Positions 47,345-56,927 are shown, counted from the first letter of the stretch. The stretch is 64,000 nt of DNA from Candidatus Dojkabacteria bacterium (GCA_050950145.1 JBMNHB010000001.1:208511-272510), one strand, 5' to 3'. Translations and numbers: made by a program. Notes: a model not told the origin generated them from the letters alone.

Positions 47345-47821
47345 CTATTCTAGTTTAACACCTTTTTCTAAATCTAGTAATTTTTTCTTTATCTCAACAC
47401 CTCCTCTATATCCTATCATTGCTCCACTTGTAGAGATTACTCTGTGACAAGGTATTAGTATGGGTAGGGGATTCCTATTACACACCATACCTACCGATCT
47501 ATATGCTCTAGAATTGTGTACTTCTCTAGCTATATCTTTGTATGTAATAGTTTCTCCATATGGAATCTTTTTTAATATTTTCATTACATCTAAAAAGAAT
47601 GTAGAGGCTGAGGTGTAGTATATATTAATATCAAAAGTTTTTCTTTTTCCATCTAGATATTCATTAATCTGTTTGATTGTTTTTCTTTTAAGAGGGGTAT
47701 CTTTCTCTATCCATGATGGATCATATCTTTCACCATCATATACAACTGCTATCACCTTATTATCTTTTTCACCTATTCCAATTCTTCCAATCTTAGTATC
47801 ATAGAAAAATACTGTTACCAT
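47345..47821 (-). CDS. ogt: Methylated-DNA--protein-cysteine methyltransferase
   Basis: IPCHRVI active-site motif, plus a helix-turn-helix region upstream. Confidence 0.8.
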   Translation of the reverse strand: MVTVFFYDTKIGRIGIGEKDNKVIAVVYDGERYDPSWIEKDTPLKRKTIKQINEYLDGKRKTFDINIYYTSASTFFLDVMKILKKIPYGETITYKDIAREVHNSRAYRSVGMVCNRNPLPILIPCHRVISTSGAMIGYRGGVEIKKKLLDLEKGVKLE

Positions 47822-47929
47822 ACTATATTATAGCATGGATAGAATTTAAAAGCATATGCAAGCTATATATGCAATATATCTTTTCTTTAATTTGATGTAG
47901 CAGTAGTGATTTTATATAATTACACCAAT

Positions 47930-47985
47930 GGACAGGGTAGACCCTCTGCCGTATTGAAATAATATACACAATGCGGAGGTAATCG
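47930..47985 (+). repeat. Hairpin repeat copy 1 in the ogt/proS divergent region (conserved 26-nt core; CCTCTG/CGGAGG stem)
   Basis: Core ccctctgccgtattgaaataatatac at 47941-47966. The second copy lies exactly 100 nt downstream. Confidence 0.6.
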
Positions 47986-48029
47986 CCCTGTTTATCTTTC
48001 TGACATTATTTTGTATAATAAAAGCAATA

Positions 48030-48085
48030 AGTAGGGGAGTACCCTCTGTTGTATTGAAATAATATACGGAAAACGGAGGCCAAAA
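48030..48085 (+). repeat. Hairpin repeat copy 2, lying in the probable proS 5' leader
   Basis: Core ccctctgttgtattgaaataatatac at 48041-48066. Preceded by a TGTATAAT extended -10-like box at 48010-48017. Confidence 0.6.
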
Positions 48086-48184
48086 CTCTACTTTTTACTT
48101 CATAGTAACTTTAGAGATACTTCTCAATCATTGCTTTATCCTTTCCTTTCAATTAGAATTAATCATTAATTAATCAAACCTAGT

Positions 48185-49612
48185 ATGGAAGAGAAAAAGA
48201 TAACAAGTAGAGAAGAAGATTTCTCACAATGGTATTTAGATGTAATTAGAGTAGCAGAACTTGTTGAACACGGTCCTGTTAGAGGTACTATGATTATCAG
48301 ACCATACGGATATGCAATCTGGGAAAATATTCAAAAAGAATTTGATAAAAGAATTAAAGCAACAGGTGTAGAAAATGCATACTTTCCTCTTTTCATACCT
48401 AATGAATTTTTACACAGAGAAGCTAAACATGTAGAGGGTTTCTCTCCTGAAGTTGTTGTTGTAACTCATGCAGGAGGTGAAGAATTAAAAGAACCTTTTG
48501 TAGTTAGACCAACATCTGAAACAATTATGTATGATGCATATTCAAGATGGGTAGAATCATACAAAGATCTTCCAATATTAATTAACCAATGGGCAAATGT
48601 AGTTAGATGGGAAGTTAGACCAAGATTGTTTTTAAGAAGTACAGAGTTCCTTTGGCAGGAAGGACACACAGCACATGCTACACCAGAGGAGGCAGATGAA
48701 AGAGCACAGCAGATGTTGTTTGAATACAAAAAATTTGCAGAAGAGTTTTTAGCAATACCTGTTTTTGTTGGTAAGAAGACAGATTCAGAAAGATTTGCAG
48801 GTGCAGATATTACATATACAACTGAAGCTATGATGCAGGATGGTAAGGCTCTCCAATTTGCAACATCACATAATTTAGGTGATAAATTTGCAAAGGCATT
48901 TGGTATTAAGTTTGTAGATGAGGATGGTGATATTAAGTATTGTTACCAAACAAGCTGGGGAATGAGTACAAGAACTTTAGGAGGATTAATTATGGTTCAT
49001 AGTGATGATAATGGTTTTGTTGTTCCTCCAAAAGTAGCACCATATGAGGTTGTCATAATTCCTGTTTGGCCAAAACCTGAAGATAGGGAGATGGTAGATA
49101 AAGAGGTTGAGAAATTAAAAGAAACTCTTGAGAAAGATTTTAGAGTTAAGGTTGATAATACTGATTTAAGAGTAGGTGAAAAATTCTACAAGTGGGAGAA
49201 GAAAGGTGCACCTTTGAGATTAGAGATTGGTCCTAGAGATATCAATGAAGGTCATGTTGTTCTTGCAAGAAGAGATACAGGTGAGAAGGTTACTGTAAAG
49301 ATGAATGACTTAACAAAGGAGATTAAAAGGTTGTTAGAAGATATTCAGAAGAATCTTTTTGATATTGCAAAAAAGAGAATGGATGAAAATACTGTAAGGG
49401 TTGAAAATTATGATGAGTTTAAGAAAGCAATTGAAGACAGAAAGTTTGTATTAGGATATTGGGCAGGTAGTAGTGATGATGAGGCTAAGCTAAAAGAAGA
49501 GACAATGGCAACAGTAAGGTGTTTCCCATTTGAACATAAAGATGAGAGAGGAAAATGTTTCTATACAGGTAAAGAAGGTGCTAAACTTGCTCTATTGGCA
49601 AGGTCATATTAA
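48185..49612 (+). CDS. proS: Prolyl-tRNA synthetase, archaeal/eukaryotic-type architecture (no INS editing domain)
   Basis: EDFSQWYLDVIRVAELVEHGPVRGTMIIRPYGYAIWE N-terminus, class II motifs and a C-terminal zinc-like domain. Length 475 aa. Confidence 0.9.
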   Translation: MEEKKITSREEDFSQWYLDVIRVAELVEHGPVRGTMIIRPYGYAIWENIQKEFDKRIKATGVENAYFPLFIPNEFLHREAKHVEGFSPEVVVVTHAGGEELKEPFVVRPTSETIMYDAYSRWVESYKDLPILINQWANVVRWEVRPRLFLRSTEFLWQEGHTAHATPEEADERAQQMLFEYKKFAEEFLAIPVFVGKKTDSERFAGADITYTTEAMMQDGKALQFATSHNLGDKFAKAFGIKFVDEDGDIKYCYQTSWGMSTRTLGGLIMVHSDDNGFVVPPKVAPYEVVIIPVWPKPEDREMVDKEVEKLKETLEKDFRVKVDNTDLRVGEKFYKWEKKGAPLRLEIGPRDINEGHVVLARRDTGEKVTVKMNDLTKEIKRLLEDIQKNLFDIAKKRMDENTVRVENYDEFKKAIEDRKFVLGYWAGSSDDEAKLKEETMATVRCFPFEHKDERGKCFYTGKEGAKLALLARSY

Positions 49613-49634
49613 TTAAATTTTTAAACAATATAAT

Positions 49635-50384
49635 ATGAGTAAAACAGTTAAGATAATTGCAATAGTTCTCTCTGTTGCAATAGTCGGAGTAGGTGGATAC
49701 TTTGGCTATGCCAAATGGAATACAATGAAAGAGGATATTGATGCTCGGGTGGTTGCTAAAGAAGAAGAAATAACCAAATTACAAGATGAGTTGGATGAAG
49801 CAAATAAGAAATTAAATTCTGTTAAAGAGGTAGTATCTCCAACAGAAGCTAAACCATCTACAGGTGCTTCTAAAGAAGGAAAGATAAGGTTTAAGACAGG
49901 TTTTCCTGCATCTTTCCATCCTGCACATAGGGTGTGTTTTTCTAACAATGATGATCTTTCATTACAATATTGCTATTGGATTAGGAACAGTAATGATAAG
50001 AAGGAATATTCTAATGAGCTAAAGTGGAATCCTTCTTATGGTTATGAAGTTAAATTACCAGTAGGGAAATACATAGTTGACTTTACAGTCTACACAAGTG
50101 ATGGTGCAGATACTCAAGGTATATCGCAAAATGTTTATGAGGTGTATGCCTTAAAAGAATGTGTATATTACGCTGATGGAGAAGGGAAGGTTGATACATT
50201 GCCATACTGTGGTAGTGCAGAGCAGGAATTAAAGAAGTATAAATATCCTTTATATAAAGATCCATCTTCAATTCTTAACAAAAAGGAATATGGAGGCAAG
50301 ATGATGATTTTTGAGGTAAAAGAAGGAGAGATAACAACAATTAAGAAATTTAGTTTAAATCCATATTTAGATTTAAACAGATAG
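49635..50384 (+). CDS. Hypothetical membrane-anchored protein with a coiled-coil segment
   Basis: N-terminal TM helix (IIAIVLSVAIVGVGGYFGY), then a heptad-like region. Confidence 0.4.
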   Translation: MSKTVKIIAIVLSVAIVGVGGYFGYAKWNTMKEDIDARVVAKEEEITKLQDELDEANKKLNSVKEVVSPTEAKPSTGASKEGKIRFKTGFPASFHPAHRVCFSNNDDLSLQYCYWIRNSNDKKEYSNELKWNPSYGYEVKLPVGKYIVDFTVYTSDGADTQGISQNVYEVYALKECVYYADGEGKVDTLPYCGSAEQELKKYKYPLYKDPSSILNKKEYGGKMMIFEVKEGEITTIKKFSLNPYLDLNR

Positions 50385-50493
50385 GTTAAGGTTTTAGTTA
50401 TATATTAAACTGCATCTATTGCGTGTATCTAATTGCTTATTATCAAACAAATCTATGATATTTATTAAGTAAAAGAATTAATTTTTATATAAT

Positions 50494-51030
50494 ATGGATA
50501 TGAGAATAATATTACTCCCAGGACAACATATCTCTAACAAAGAATGGATAGAGAATGTAGAAAAGAAATTTCAAGAGAAGTTTACTAATACAAAAATATC
50601 CTACTATGATCATTGGGAGAAGGGAGAAGAGAGAACAGATGTTGAATTAGAAACTAAAAAGTTTTTAGATATTGTAAATAGTTCTGATGAAGAATATATT
50701 CTTTTTGCTAAATCAATAGGTAGTATTATCTTCTTCAATTCTCTAAAAGATTTAGTAAAGAAACCAAAAGGAGTATTAATAGTAGGTATAGCTTACAATT
50801 TAGCAAAAGAACTCAATTATGATTTTACTAACTTAAAAGAATTTATCTCATATCCAGTAAATATATATCAGAAAGAATTTGATCCTGCTGGTTACTATGC
50901 AGATATTATGAATATTAATGGAGGAAATATTTCAGTAAATCAATATGAATGTGTAGGAGAGGAGAACAACAATCATAGTTATGAAAACTATGACTATCTC
51001 CTTAAACTTTTGGATAACTTAGTAAAGTAA
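50494..51030 (+). CDS. Putative small alpha/beta serine hydrolase (YdeN/RBBP9-like)
   Basis: ILFAKSIGSI fits a small-x-Ser-x-small nucleophile elbow. Length about 180 aa. Confidence 0.3.
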   Translation: MDMRIILLPGQHISNKEWIENVEKKFQEKFTNTKISYYDHWEKGEERTDVELETKKFLDIVNSSDEEYILFAKSIGSIIFFNSLKDLVKKPKGVLIVGIAYNLAKELNYDFTNLKEFISYPVNIYQKEFDPAGYYADIMNINGGNISVNQYECVGEENNNHSYENYDYLLKLLDNLVK

Positions 51031-51537
51031 TTATTTCTTCTTCCTTGCCTCTTGTGCCTTCTTAATATTCTCAGCCCAAGCTTTCTTCATAGCTGGAGTA
51101 GGCTTGTCTTTCTCTGGAACATTCTTCTCTGGTTTTGCCTTAAATATATCTCCCTTTACATGTTTAGGTTTAGATCCGAGAGTGTCTATTAATTTCTGTA
51201 CATCTTTGTATCTACTCTTTAGTGTACTTCCAACTACATTAGCTAAATGTTTTTCAATCAACCAAGCTTGTGTATCCCAATTACCATTAGGTCTCTTCCC
51301 TGCAATTCTTTGAAGTCCCCCTCTTTCTCCTACATCATGATTTCTAAATATTGAAAATTGATTCTTATCCCTTATCTCAATTCTGTAATAGTTCCCTTCT
51401 CCTGTACTACCTGGTTTGGCTCTCTTTTTTCTTTCAGTTTTTGCTAATTCTTTTTGTTTTGGTGTTATTAACATCCATGTTTTAATTGTTTTTCTTGCCT
51501 CTCTCTTTGCTGCTAGTCTCTGTTTCTTTCTTGCCAT
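51031..51537 (-). CDS. Hypothetical protein with Lys/Arg-rich N- and C-terminal tails flanking a conserved-looking core
   Basis: MARKKQRLAAKREARK... and ...KKAQEARKKK tails. The core has no recognisable motif. Confidence 0.4.
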   Translation of the reverse strand: MARKKQRLAAKREARKTIKTWMLITPKQKELAKTERKKRAKPGSTGEGNYYRIEIRDKNQFSIFRNHDVGERGGLQRIAGKRPNGNWDTQAWLIEKHLANVVGSTLKSRYKDVQKLIDTLGSKPKHVKGDIFKAKPEKNVPEKDKPTPAMKKAWAENIKKAQEARKKK

Positions 51538-51606
51538 ATTTATCCTAAAAAGAATTTAGATATGTATATCTAAATCTTAAGAGTATAGTAGGGGGATGTC
51601 AAATTT

Positions 51607-51837
51607 TTAGTTAATAGAGACAATTTTTCTTGATGAAGTCTTACCACTTTTAATTTCAATCTGTGATTTTGTTACATTGAAATATTCAGAAAGGAGACTA
51701 ATGACTTCAACATTTGCTTTGTTTTTATCAGGCAGAGCTTTTACAGATACAAGATATGAGCTATCTTCTAACTTTTCTACTTTAGATTTTTGTTGTTTTG
51801 TTTTTACTTTTATAGAGATAGTCATTTCTATTACCAA
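51607..51837 (-). CDS. DUF167/YggU-family small protein
   Basis: ISIKVKTKQQKSKVEKLEDSSYLVSVKALPDKNKANVEVISLLSEYFNVTKSQIEIKSGKTSSRKIV matches the DUF167 pattern (APP..GKAN...ISG.TSR.K). Confidence 0.55.
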   Translation of the reverse strand: MVIEMTISIKVKTKQQKSKVEKLEDSSYLVSVKALPDKNKANVEVISLLSEYFNVTKSQIEIKSGKTSSRKIVSIN

Positions 51838-52733
51838 TTTTTGATAAGTAGTTCGTTAATACTCTTTCTTCCGTCTTTGTTAGAGTTAATGAATCGTTTC
51901 GTTTCTACTTTCTTGATAGTAAATCCTTTATACAAATCTTCAAAAAAATTATCTTTAGTATCAGAATTACTAAGTAAAATGTAAAAATCCTTTTTATCTA
52001 ACTTTCTAAAATAATCAGCAAGATCTTTTTGATCTTTGTCATTAAAATCTTCTTTAGAATACTTGGTAAAACTAGAAGTTTTAGATAACGGCCTGTATGG
52101 TGGGTCAAAGTATATTAAATTTTTCTTACCGTTCTGTTCATTGAGAGTGATATCGTTATATGTACCACAAAGGATTTCTGTATTTTCTAGTGCTTTACTG
52201 ACATTAAGGATGTTCTCTTTATCTAGTATTTTAGGGTTTTTATATTTCCCCATTGGTACATTAAATTCTCCTTTGCTATTTTGTCTGTATAGTCCATTAA
52301 AACAAAGTCTGTTTAGAGCTATGAGAAGAGATGCTTTCTTAAGAAATTTCTTTTTATTTTCTTTTTGAAAATCTATTTTCAGTTCATTAAAAGGATCTCT
52401 TAACTTACTGTAGTAGAAGTCTTTTCTATTTTCTTCTGTTAATTGTAAATATTTGTTTTCAATCTTTATAAGTTCCTCTATTAGATCATAAGGATATTTT
52501 TTTATAGTTAAGTATGTAATCATTAAATCAGGATTGATATCATTGATTATACTTTTATGTATTCTGAAGTTTGAAAGTAGATGAAAAAGTAGGGCTCCTC
52601 CACCAACAAAAGGTTCTATGTACAGATCAATTTCTTTTGTATCAAGCACTTCTTGGGGAAGATTCTCTTCTAGGACTTTTAGTAGTTGTCTTTTACCACC
52701 AGCCCATTTTAGGAATGGTTTTGATTGACTCAT
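51831..52733 (-). CDS. Dam-family (alpha-class, D12) N6-adenine DNA methyltransferase
   Basis: KPFLKWAGGKRQLL, EPFVGGGALLF (motif I) preceding YFDPPY (motif IV). Confidence 0.8.
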   Translation of the reverse strand: MSQSKPFLKWAGGKRQLLKVLEENLPQEVLDTKEIDLYIEPFVGGGALLFHLLSNFRIHKSIINDINPDLMITYLTIKKYPYDLIEELIKIENKYLQLTEENRKDFYYSKLRDPFNELKIDFQKENKKKFLKKASLLIALNRLCFNGLYRQNSKGEFNVPMGKYKNPKILDKENILNVSKALENTEILCGTYNDITLNEQNGKKNLIYFDPPYRPLSKTSSFTKYSKEDFNDKDQKDLADYFRKLDKKDFYILLSNSDTKDNFFEDLYKGFTIKKVETKRFINSNKDGRKSINELLIKNW

Positions 52734-53491
52734 TCTATACGATATCTTTCTGATTTTATAAGCTTAATACTGTTGTATTCATATGGTTCAAGGAATGCAA
52801 ATTGCCATAGGTAGTAGAGGTCTCCTCTTTTTTCAAAAAAGAGTGTTGTTACATTTTTAGTAGTATTTTCACTCCATTGTCTAAAAGGATAGTAAAGTTG
52901 CCTTATTATCTCATTTGAAGTTCTTGAGTTTTTAGCTTCTACTAGAATGACAGAGTCTTTACCCTCATATCCAGCATCTACTTCTGTTTGTACACTTTGA
53001 GTAATTATTTCATAGTTATTTACTTTGAAAGAAAATTCTGGAGTATATTTTCTGCCTCTAATTGTTAAAACAAGTGTAGGATCTTGAGCAAATGTACGGA
53101 TGATACTAGATGCATATGCATGATCTAAATGTTGCATTTCAGAATTTCCAACCTTTGTTGTTTCTAAATCAAACTCTAACTTTGATTTATGAATCTTAGG
53201 TTCAGTTACTATATCAGGTATATCAACATATCCTTCTCCTTTTAGTATTGCATAATGCTTGTTTTTTGTTGGTAGGATAAAGAGATTATTATCTTTGAAC
53301 ACTTGAGGTCTAGACTCTCTTGAATCTTGTTTACAGAGAATTCTAGGTTCTGTAATACCTCCTTCTACAAAATCTTTACAACTCTTTTTAATTTCATTGG
53401 AGGAGATGAAGAAAGGTTCTTTATCAAAATTATGTTTCTCAATATTGTAATCTTTGAATATTTTCTCCCAAGCTTTATCTCGTGCAGACAT
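52730..53491 (-). CDS. Candidate type II restriction endonuclease (PD-(D/E)xK-like; position suggests a DpnII/MboI-like partner)
   Basis: Lies between two DNA methyltransferases, overlapping the downstream one by 4 nt. DSVILVEAK resembles a D...ExK nuclease core. Confidence 0.4.
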   Translation of the reverse strand: MSARDKAWEKIFKDYNIEKHNFDKEPFFISSNEIKKSCKDFVEGGITEPRILCKQDSRESRPQVFKDNNLFILPTKNKHYAILKGEGYVDIPDIVTEPKIHKSKLEFDLETTKVGNSEMQHLDHAYASSIIRTFAQDPTLVLTIRGRKYTPEFSFKVNNYEIITQSVQTEVDAGYEGKDSVILVEAKNSRTSNEIIRQLYYPFRQWSENTTKNVTTLFFEKRGDLYYLWQFAFLEPYEYNSIKLIKSERYRIE

Positions 53492-53507
53492 ACACTTATT
53501 ACTTAAT

Positions 53508-54281
53508 TTAAATGTTTTTGTATCTCTTAATTGATAGATCTAGATATTCTTTTTCCTTGTCTATTCCTATAAATCTTCTACCATATTCTACAGCAACAAT
53601 ACCTGTAGTGGAACTACCGGTAAAAGGATCTAAAATTAAATCACCCTCTTTTGTGCTCGCAAGTATTATTCTCTTCAAAAGTTCTTTAGGTTTTTGAGTT
53701 GGGTGTTTACCATAGATTTTCTCGCTTTTTGGAGTAGTCTTAATTTCCCAAACACTACGCATCTGCCTATTAGGTTTTTTGTATCTATCATTTTTCCAAA
53801 CTCCATCTTTCATTTGTAAATAATTGAAAGTATGGGGCTTTTTAGGTTCTTTTCGTGCCCATATCAAATTTTCGTGACTAGCAGTAAAGAAACGACAGCT
53901 TAGATTAGGAGAAGCATTTGGTTTGAACCAAATAATGTCATTTAAGATCCTGTATCCTAAAGATTGCATGGCTAGGCCACATTGATAAATGGAGTGATAT
54001 GTTCCACTTACCCATATTGTACCGTTGGGTTTTAGAACTCTTTTGCATTCTTTTAACCATTGTATATGGAAATTAAGAGTTTCTTTTAGGGATGATGAAA
54101 GATCCCATTCCCCTTTTTTAACACTTACCATTTTCCCATTTTGGCATGTAAATGTTCCATTAGAAAGAAAATAGGGAGGATCTGAAAATATCATATCAAA
54201 CTTGTTGTCAGGAAACTTTTGTAACAATACTAAACTGTCATCTTTGTAGAGAGTAAATTGTTTAGAAGAGAAGTATTTCAT
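53508..54281 (-). CDS. Beta-class N6-adenine/N4-cytosine DNA methyltransferase
   Basis: N-terminal FSDPPYF (motif IV) and C-terminal ILDPFTGSSTTG (motif I) give the beta-class order. Confidence 0.8.
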   Translation of the reverse strand: MKYFSSKQFTLYKDDSLVLLQKFPDNKFDMIFSDPPYFLSNGTFTCQNGKMVSVKKGEWDLSSSLKETLNFHIQWLKECKRVLKPNGTIWVSGTYHSIYQCGLAMQSLGYRILNDIIWFKPNASPNLSCRFFTASHENLIWARKEPKKPHTFNYLQMKDGVWKNDRYKKPNRQMRSVWEIKTTPKSEKIYGKHPTQKPKELLKRIILASTKEGDLILDPFTGSSTTGIVAVEYGRRFIGIDKEKEYLDLSIKRYKNI

Positions 54282-54339
54282 TCTTAAATTATATCAAGTA
54301 ATTATTAACTATATATTAACGGAATTTTTGTTTGAACCT

Positions 54340-55401
54340 TTAACTAACTATTCCACCACCTAAAACAATATCATCTTTGTAAAAAACTACTGACTGTCCT
54401 TTGGTAATTGCTCTTTGTGGTTTTTCAAAAACAACTTTTACTTTGTCTTCCATTGGATATATTCTAGCTTTACTCTCTTTAGCTTTGTATCTAATCTTTG
54501 CTTCAACTTCCATTTCTTTTTCTAACTTTTCAAAAACAATCCAGTTTAAACTAGTAGCAACTAATTCTTTTGAAAAAAGTTCATCATTACTTCCTAATAC
54601 AACCTGATTCTTTTCACTATCAATATCAATTACAAACAGAGGTGTTTTAGCTGATATCCCTAAACCCTTTCTTTGTCCAATTGTATACTTAGCACTACCT
54701 TTATGATATCCAAGCACTTCTCCATTGGTATTTACAATCTCACCTTTCTTCATTGGTGTAGTAGAGTTCTCTTGTATGAATCTAAAATGATTGTTGTCTG
54801 GAACAAAACATACCTCCTGACTATCTGGTTTGTTAGCAGTAGTAAAACCATTCTCTTCTGCAATCTTTCTAACTTCTTCTTTACTGTATTCACCTAAAGG
54901 GAATATTGTCTTAGCAAGTAGTTCTTGAGTAAGGTTGTAGAGCATGTAAGATTGATCTTTCCGTTCATCCTTTCCTTTTTTAAGTAGATATTCTACTTGG
55001 TCTCCATCTGTTACTTTCTCAATTCTTGCATAGTGTCCTGTTGCAATATATTCAATTCCTAATTCTTCTGCTTTGTCTATCATTGCTCCAAACTTAATAT
55101 ATTTGTTACATGCTACACATGGGTTAGGAGTTCTTCCTTCTTGATATTCTTCTATGAAGTAATCAATGACATACTTTTTAAATTGTTCTTTCATGTTAAA
55201 GACATGATGTTCAATACCGAGTCTTTTGGCAACTTCTTTTGCATCTTCTACTTGATTATTGTTACAGTAGTCATGTAGTTGCATTGTAGCACCAATTACT
55301 TCGTATCCTTCTTGCTGAAGTAGTAGAGCTGCAATACTACTATCAACACCACCACTCATACCTAGTAGTACTTTTGGTTTTTTAGAAATATTCTTTTTCA
55401 T
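54340..55401 (-). CDS. mnmA: tRNA-specific 2-thiouridylase MnmA
   Basis: PP-loop MSGGVDSSIAALLL and the conserved C-terminal domain. Length 353 aa. Confidence 0.9.
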   Translation of the reverse strand: MKKNISKKPKVLLGMSGGVDSSIAALLLQQEGYEVIGATMQLHDYCNNNQVEDAKEVAKRLGIEHHVFNMKEQFKKYVIDYFIEEYQEGRTPNPCVACNKYIKFGAMIDKAEELGIEYIATGHYARIEKVTDGDQVEYLLKKGKDERKDQSYMLYNLTQELLAKTIFPLGEYSKEEVRKIAEENGFTTANKPDSQEVCFVPDNNHFRFIQENSTTPMKKGEIVNTNGEVLGYHKGSAKYTIGQRKGLGISAKTPLFVIDIDSEKNQVVLGSNDELFSKELVATSLNWIVFEKLEKEMEVEAKIRYKAKESKARIYPMEDKVKVVFEKPQRAITKGQSVVFYKDDIVLGGGIVS

Positions 55402-55422
55402 AATTATAGATAGTTAATACTT

Positions 55423-56052
55423 TCAATCTTGGTAAAATGACTTCAGTTTCTCTTCTATAATCTTAAAGATTTCATCCTTACAACAATTATATTCAAAAAT
55501 AGGTTTGTTAAAATCTTGGGCTCTTTGAACTACATAGTCATGTAGTGTTCTTGCAGTTTGAAATTGTTTTTCGGACATTTCTCTATTGTGTGTTGGTCCC
55601 GAGAGCATTTTAAGATGAGTATTAGGGTCTGAGACTTTAAGATATATTTCAATTACATTTGGTTTGTTTTGAGGATTCATTAGGCCAGGTAAGATATGAT
55701 TTCCATCAAAGAGGATCATCTGTTTCTCACTATCTGCAAAATCAATTGCTTGGTTAATGGAGTCAATGATAGGTTTGCACTGTTGTAGATAGTGTTCTCT
55801 AACATCTCCTTCTATCAGATATAGATCGTATGTATGACTGTAAAGAAATGGGTTCTCCTCTTGAGAAATATAGTCTCTAAGAGTTGCTCGTATAATGCCA
55901 GTGGGGAAATTATTAAGGAATGGTATTTGTTCGTTAATGCTTTTAGCAATTGTAGATTTCCCTGTGCCTGCATATCCACCGATTAAAATAACAAGAGGTG
56001 TTGTTATCCGTCTTTCTTTCCAATCTTGGTTGTATTGTTGAATAGTATTCAT
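55423..56052 (-). CDS. P-loop kinase-like protein (2-phosphoglycerate-kinase-like / zeta-toxin-like fold)
   Basis: Walker A LIGGYAGTGKSTIAKSI, followed by GIIRATLRDY. This resembles the 2PGK ILIGGTSGVGKS...TDSIRE pattern. Confidence 0.4.
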   Translation of the reverse strand: MNTIQQYNQDWKERRITTPLVILIGGYAGTGKSTIAKSINEQIPFLNNFPTGIIRATLRDYISQEENPFLYSHTYDLYLIEGDVREHYLQQCKPIIDSINQAIDFADSEKQMILFDGNHILPGLMNPQNKPNVIEIYLKVSDPNTHLKMLSGPTHNREMSEKQFQTARTLHDYVVQRAQDFNKPIFEYNCCKDEIFKIIEEKLKSFYQD

Positions 56053-56927
56053 TGCTAAACCATTATATAATTCTAAAGTATACTATGGAATTACTAGAAA
56101 ATCACGAAATTATACAAGAAAGAAATGAAGAGGTTATAAAAGATCTAGAGGTTGATATCCCGAAAACAGAAGTAGATCCTGAATATTCTGCGCATATTAG
56201 TGATAAATTTATGAAGTATTTCTTAAAACCAGAACACTACAAGCAGTATCTAGAATCTACATTACAGGAATCTTCACTAGAAGATGAAGAGAAGTTTGCT
56301 GTTGCTGAAAAGATTGCACAAGAGAATGTTTCATTTTTAGTATTAAGGCCAGAGATGTATCATATGGGGGATAAGGTTGAAAATTTTCTATCAAAGAATG
56401 GGTATGATGTGATTGAGAGTATTACTGAAAGTAGAAAGATATCAGAAGATACATATTGGGAGATGTATAAAGAAGCAATTACTAATCCAATGGCTTTTGA
56501 ATCTATGCCAACAAGAACATTAATATATACAGGTGGTCCATCTAAGATAATCTTTTTTAGAGATCTGATAGAAGAGAGAAGAAGAGGAAACAATACAGCT
56601 GATGTTTTTTTTGAAAGGTATAAAGGGGTTGCAGGTGTTCCTCAACATAATACTCTAAGAGGGGATATTGTTTACAATGAGGCAAAAAGATTAGGGTTTC
56701 ATTCTTTGGAAAGAAAAGGGAATATCTCTATTGTAGACCCTTTCTATACATATAGACATGCGGTAAGTAGGGGGAGTGGTCCTCATACGAAATTAACTAA
56801 AGACCAAATCCTTTTCTATACAGGAGTTAGTATTCATGTTCCAAATCATTCTGAGGTTGCTAAGGATTTGAATGCTATTTTCAAAAAAGAAGAGTTGGAA
56901 AATATATTAAAGAATGTAAAAAGTTAA
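56052..56927 (+). CDS. Divergent NDK-fold protein with a ~95-aa N-terminal extension
   Basis: FLVLRPE (IKPD-like), GGP (SGP-like), NTLRGD (GTLRGD-like) and LGFHS (possible catalytic-His region) line up with canonical Ndk motifs in the same order. Confidence 0.35.
   Translation: MLNHYIILKYTMELLENHEIIQERNEEVIKDLEVDIPKTEVDPEYSAHISDKFMKYFLKPEHYKQYLESTLQESSLEDEEKFAVAEKIAQENVSFLVLRPEMYHMGDKVENFLSKNGYDVIESITESRKISEDTYWEMYKEAITNPMAFESMPTRTLIYTGGPSKIIFFRDLIEERRRGNNTADVFFERYKGVAGVPQHNTLRGDIVYNEAKRLGFHSLERKGNISIVDPFYTYRHAVSRGSGPHTKLTKDQILFYTGVSIHVPNHSEVAKDLNAIFKKEELENILKNVKS

Noticed and set aside
47930-48085. proS-upstream repeats considered as a T-box leader
   Set aside because: There is no T-box consensus (AGGGUGGNACCGCG-like) or specifier-loop architecture. 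ProRS here is the archaeal type, which is not known to be T-box regulated.
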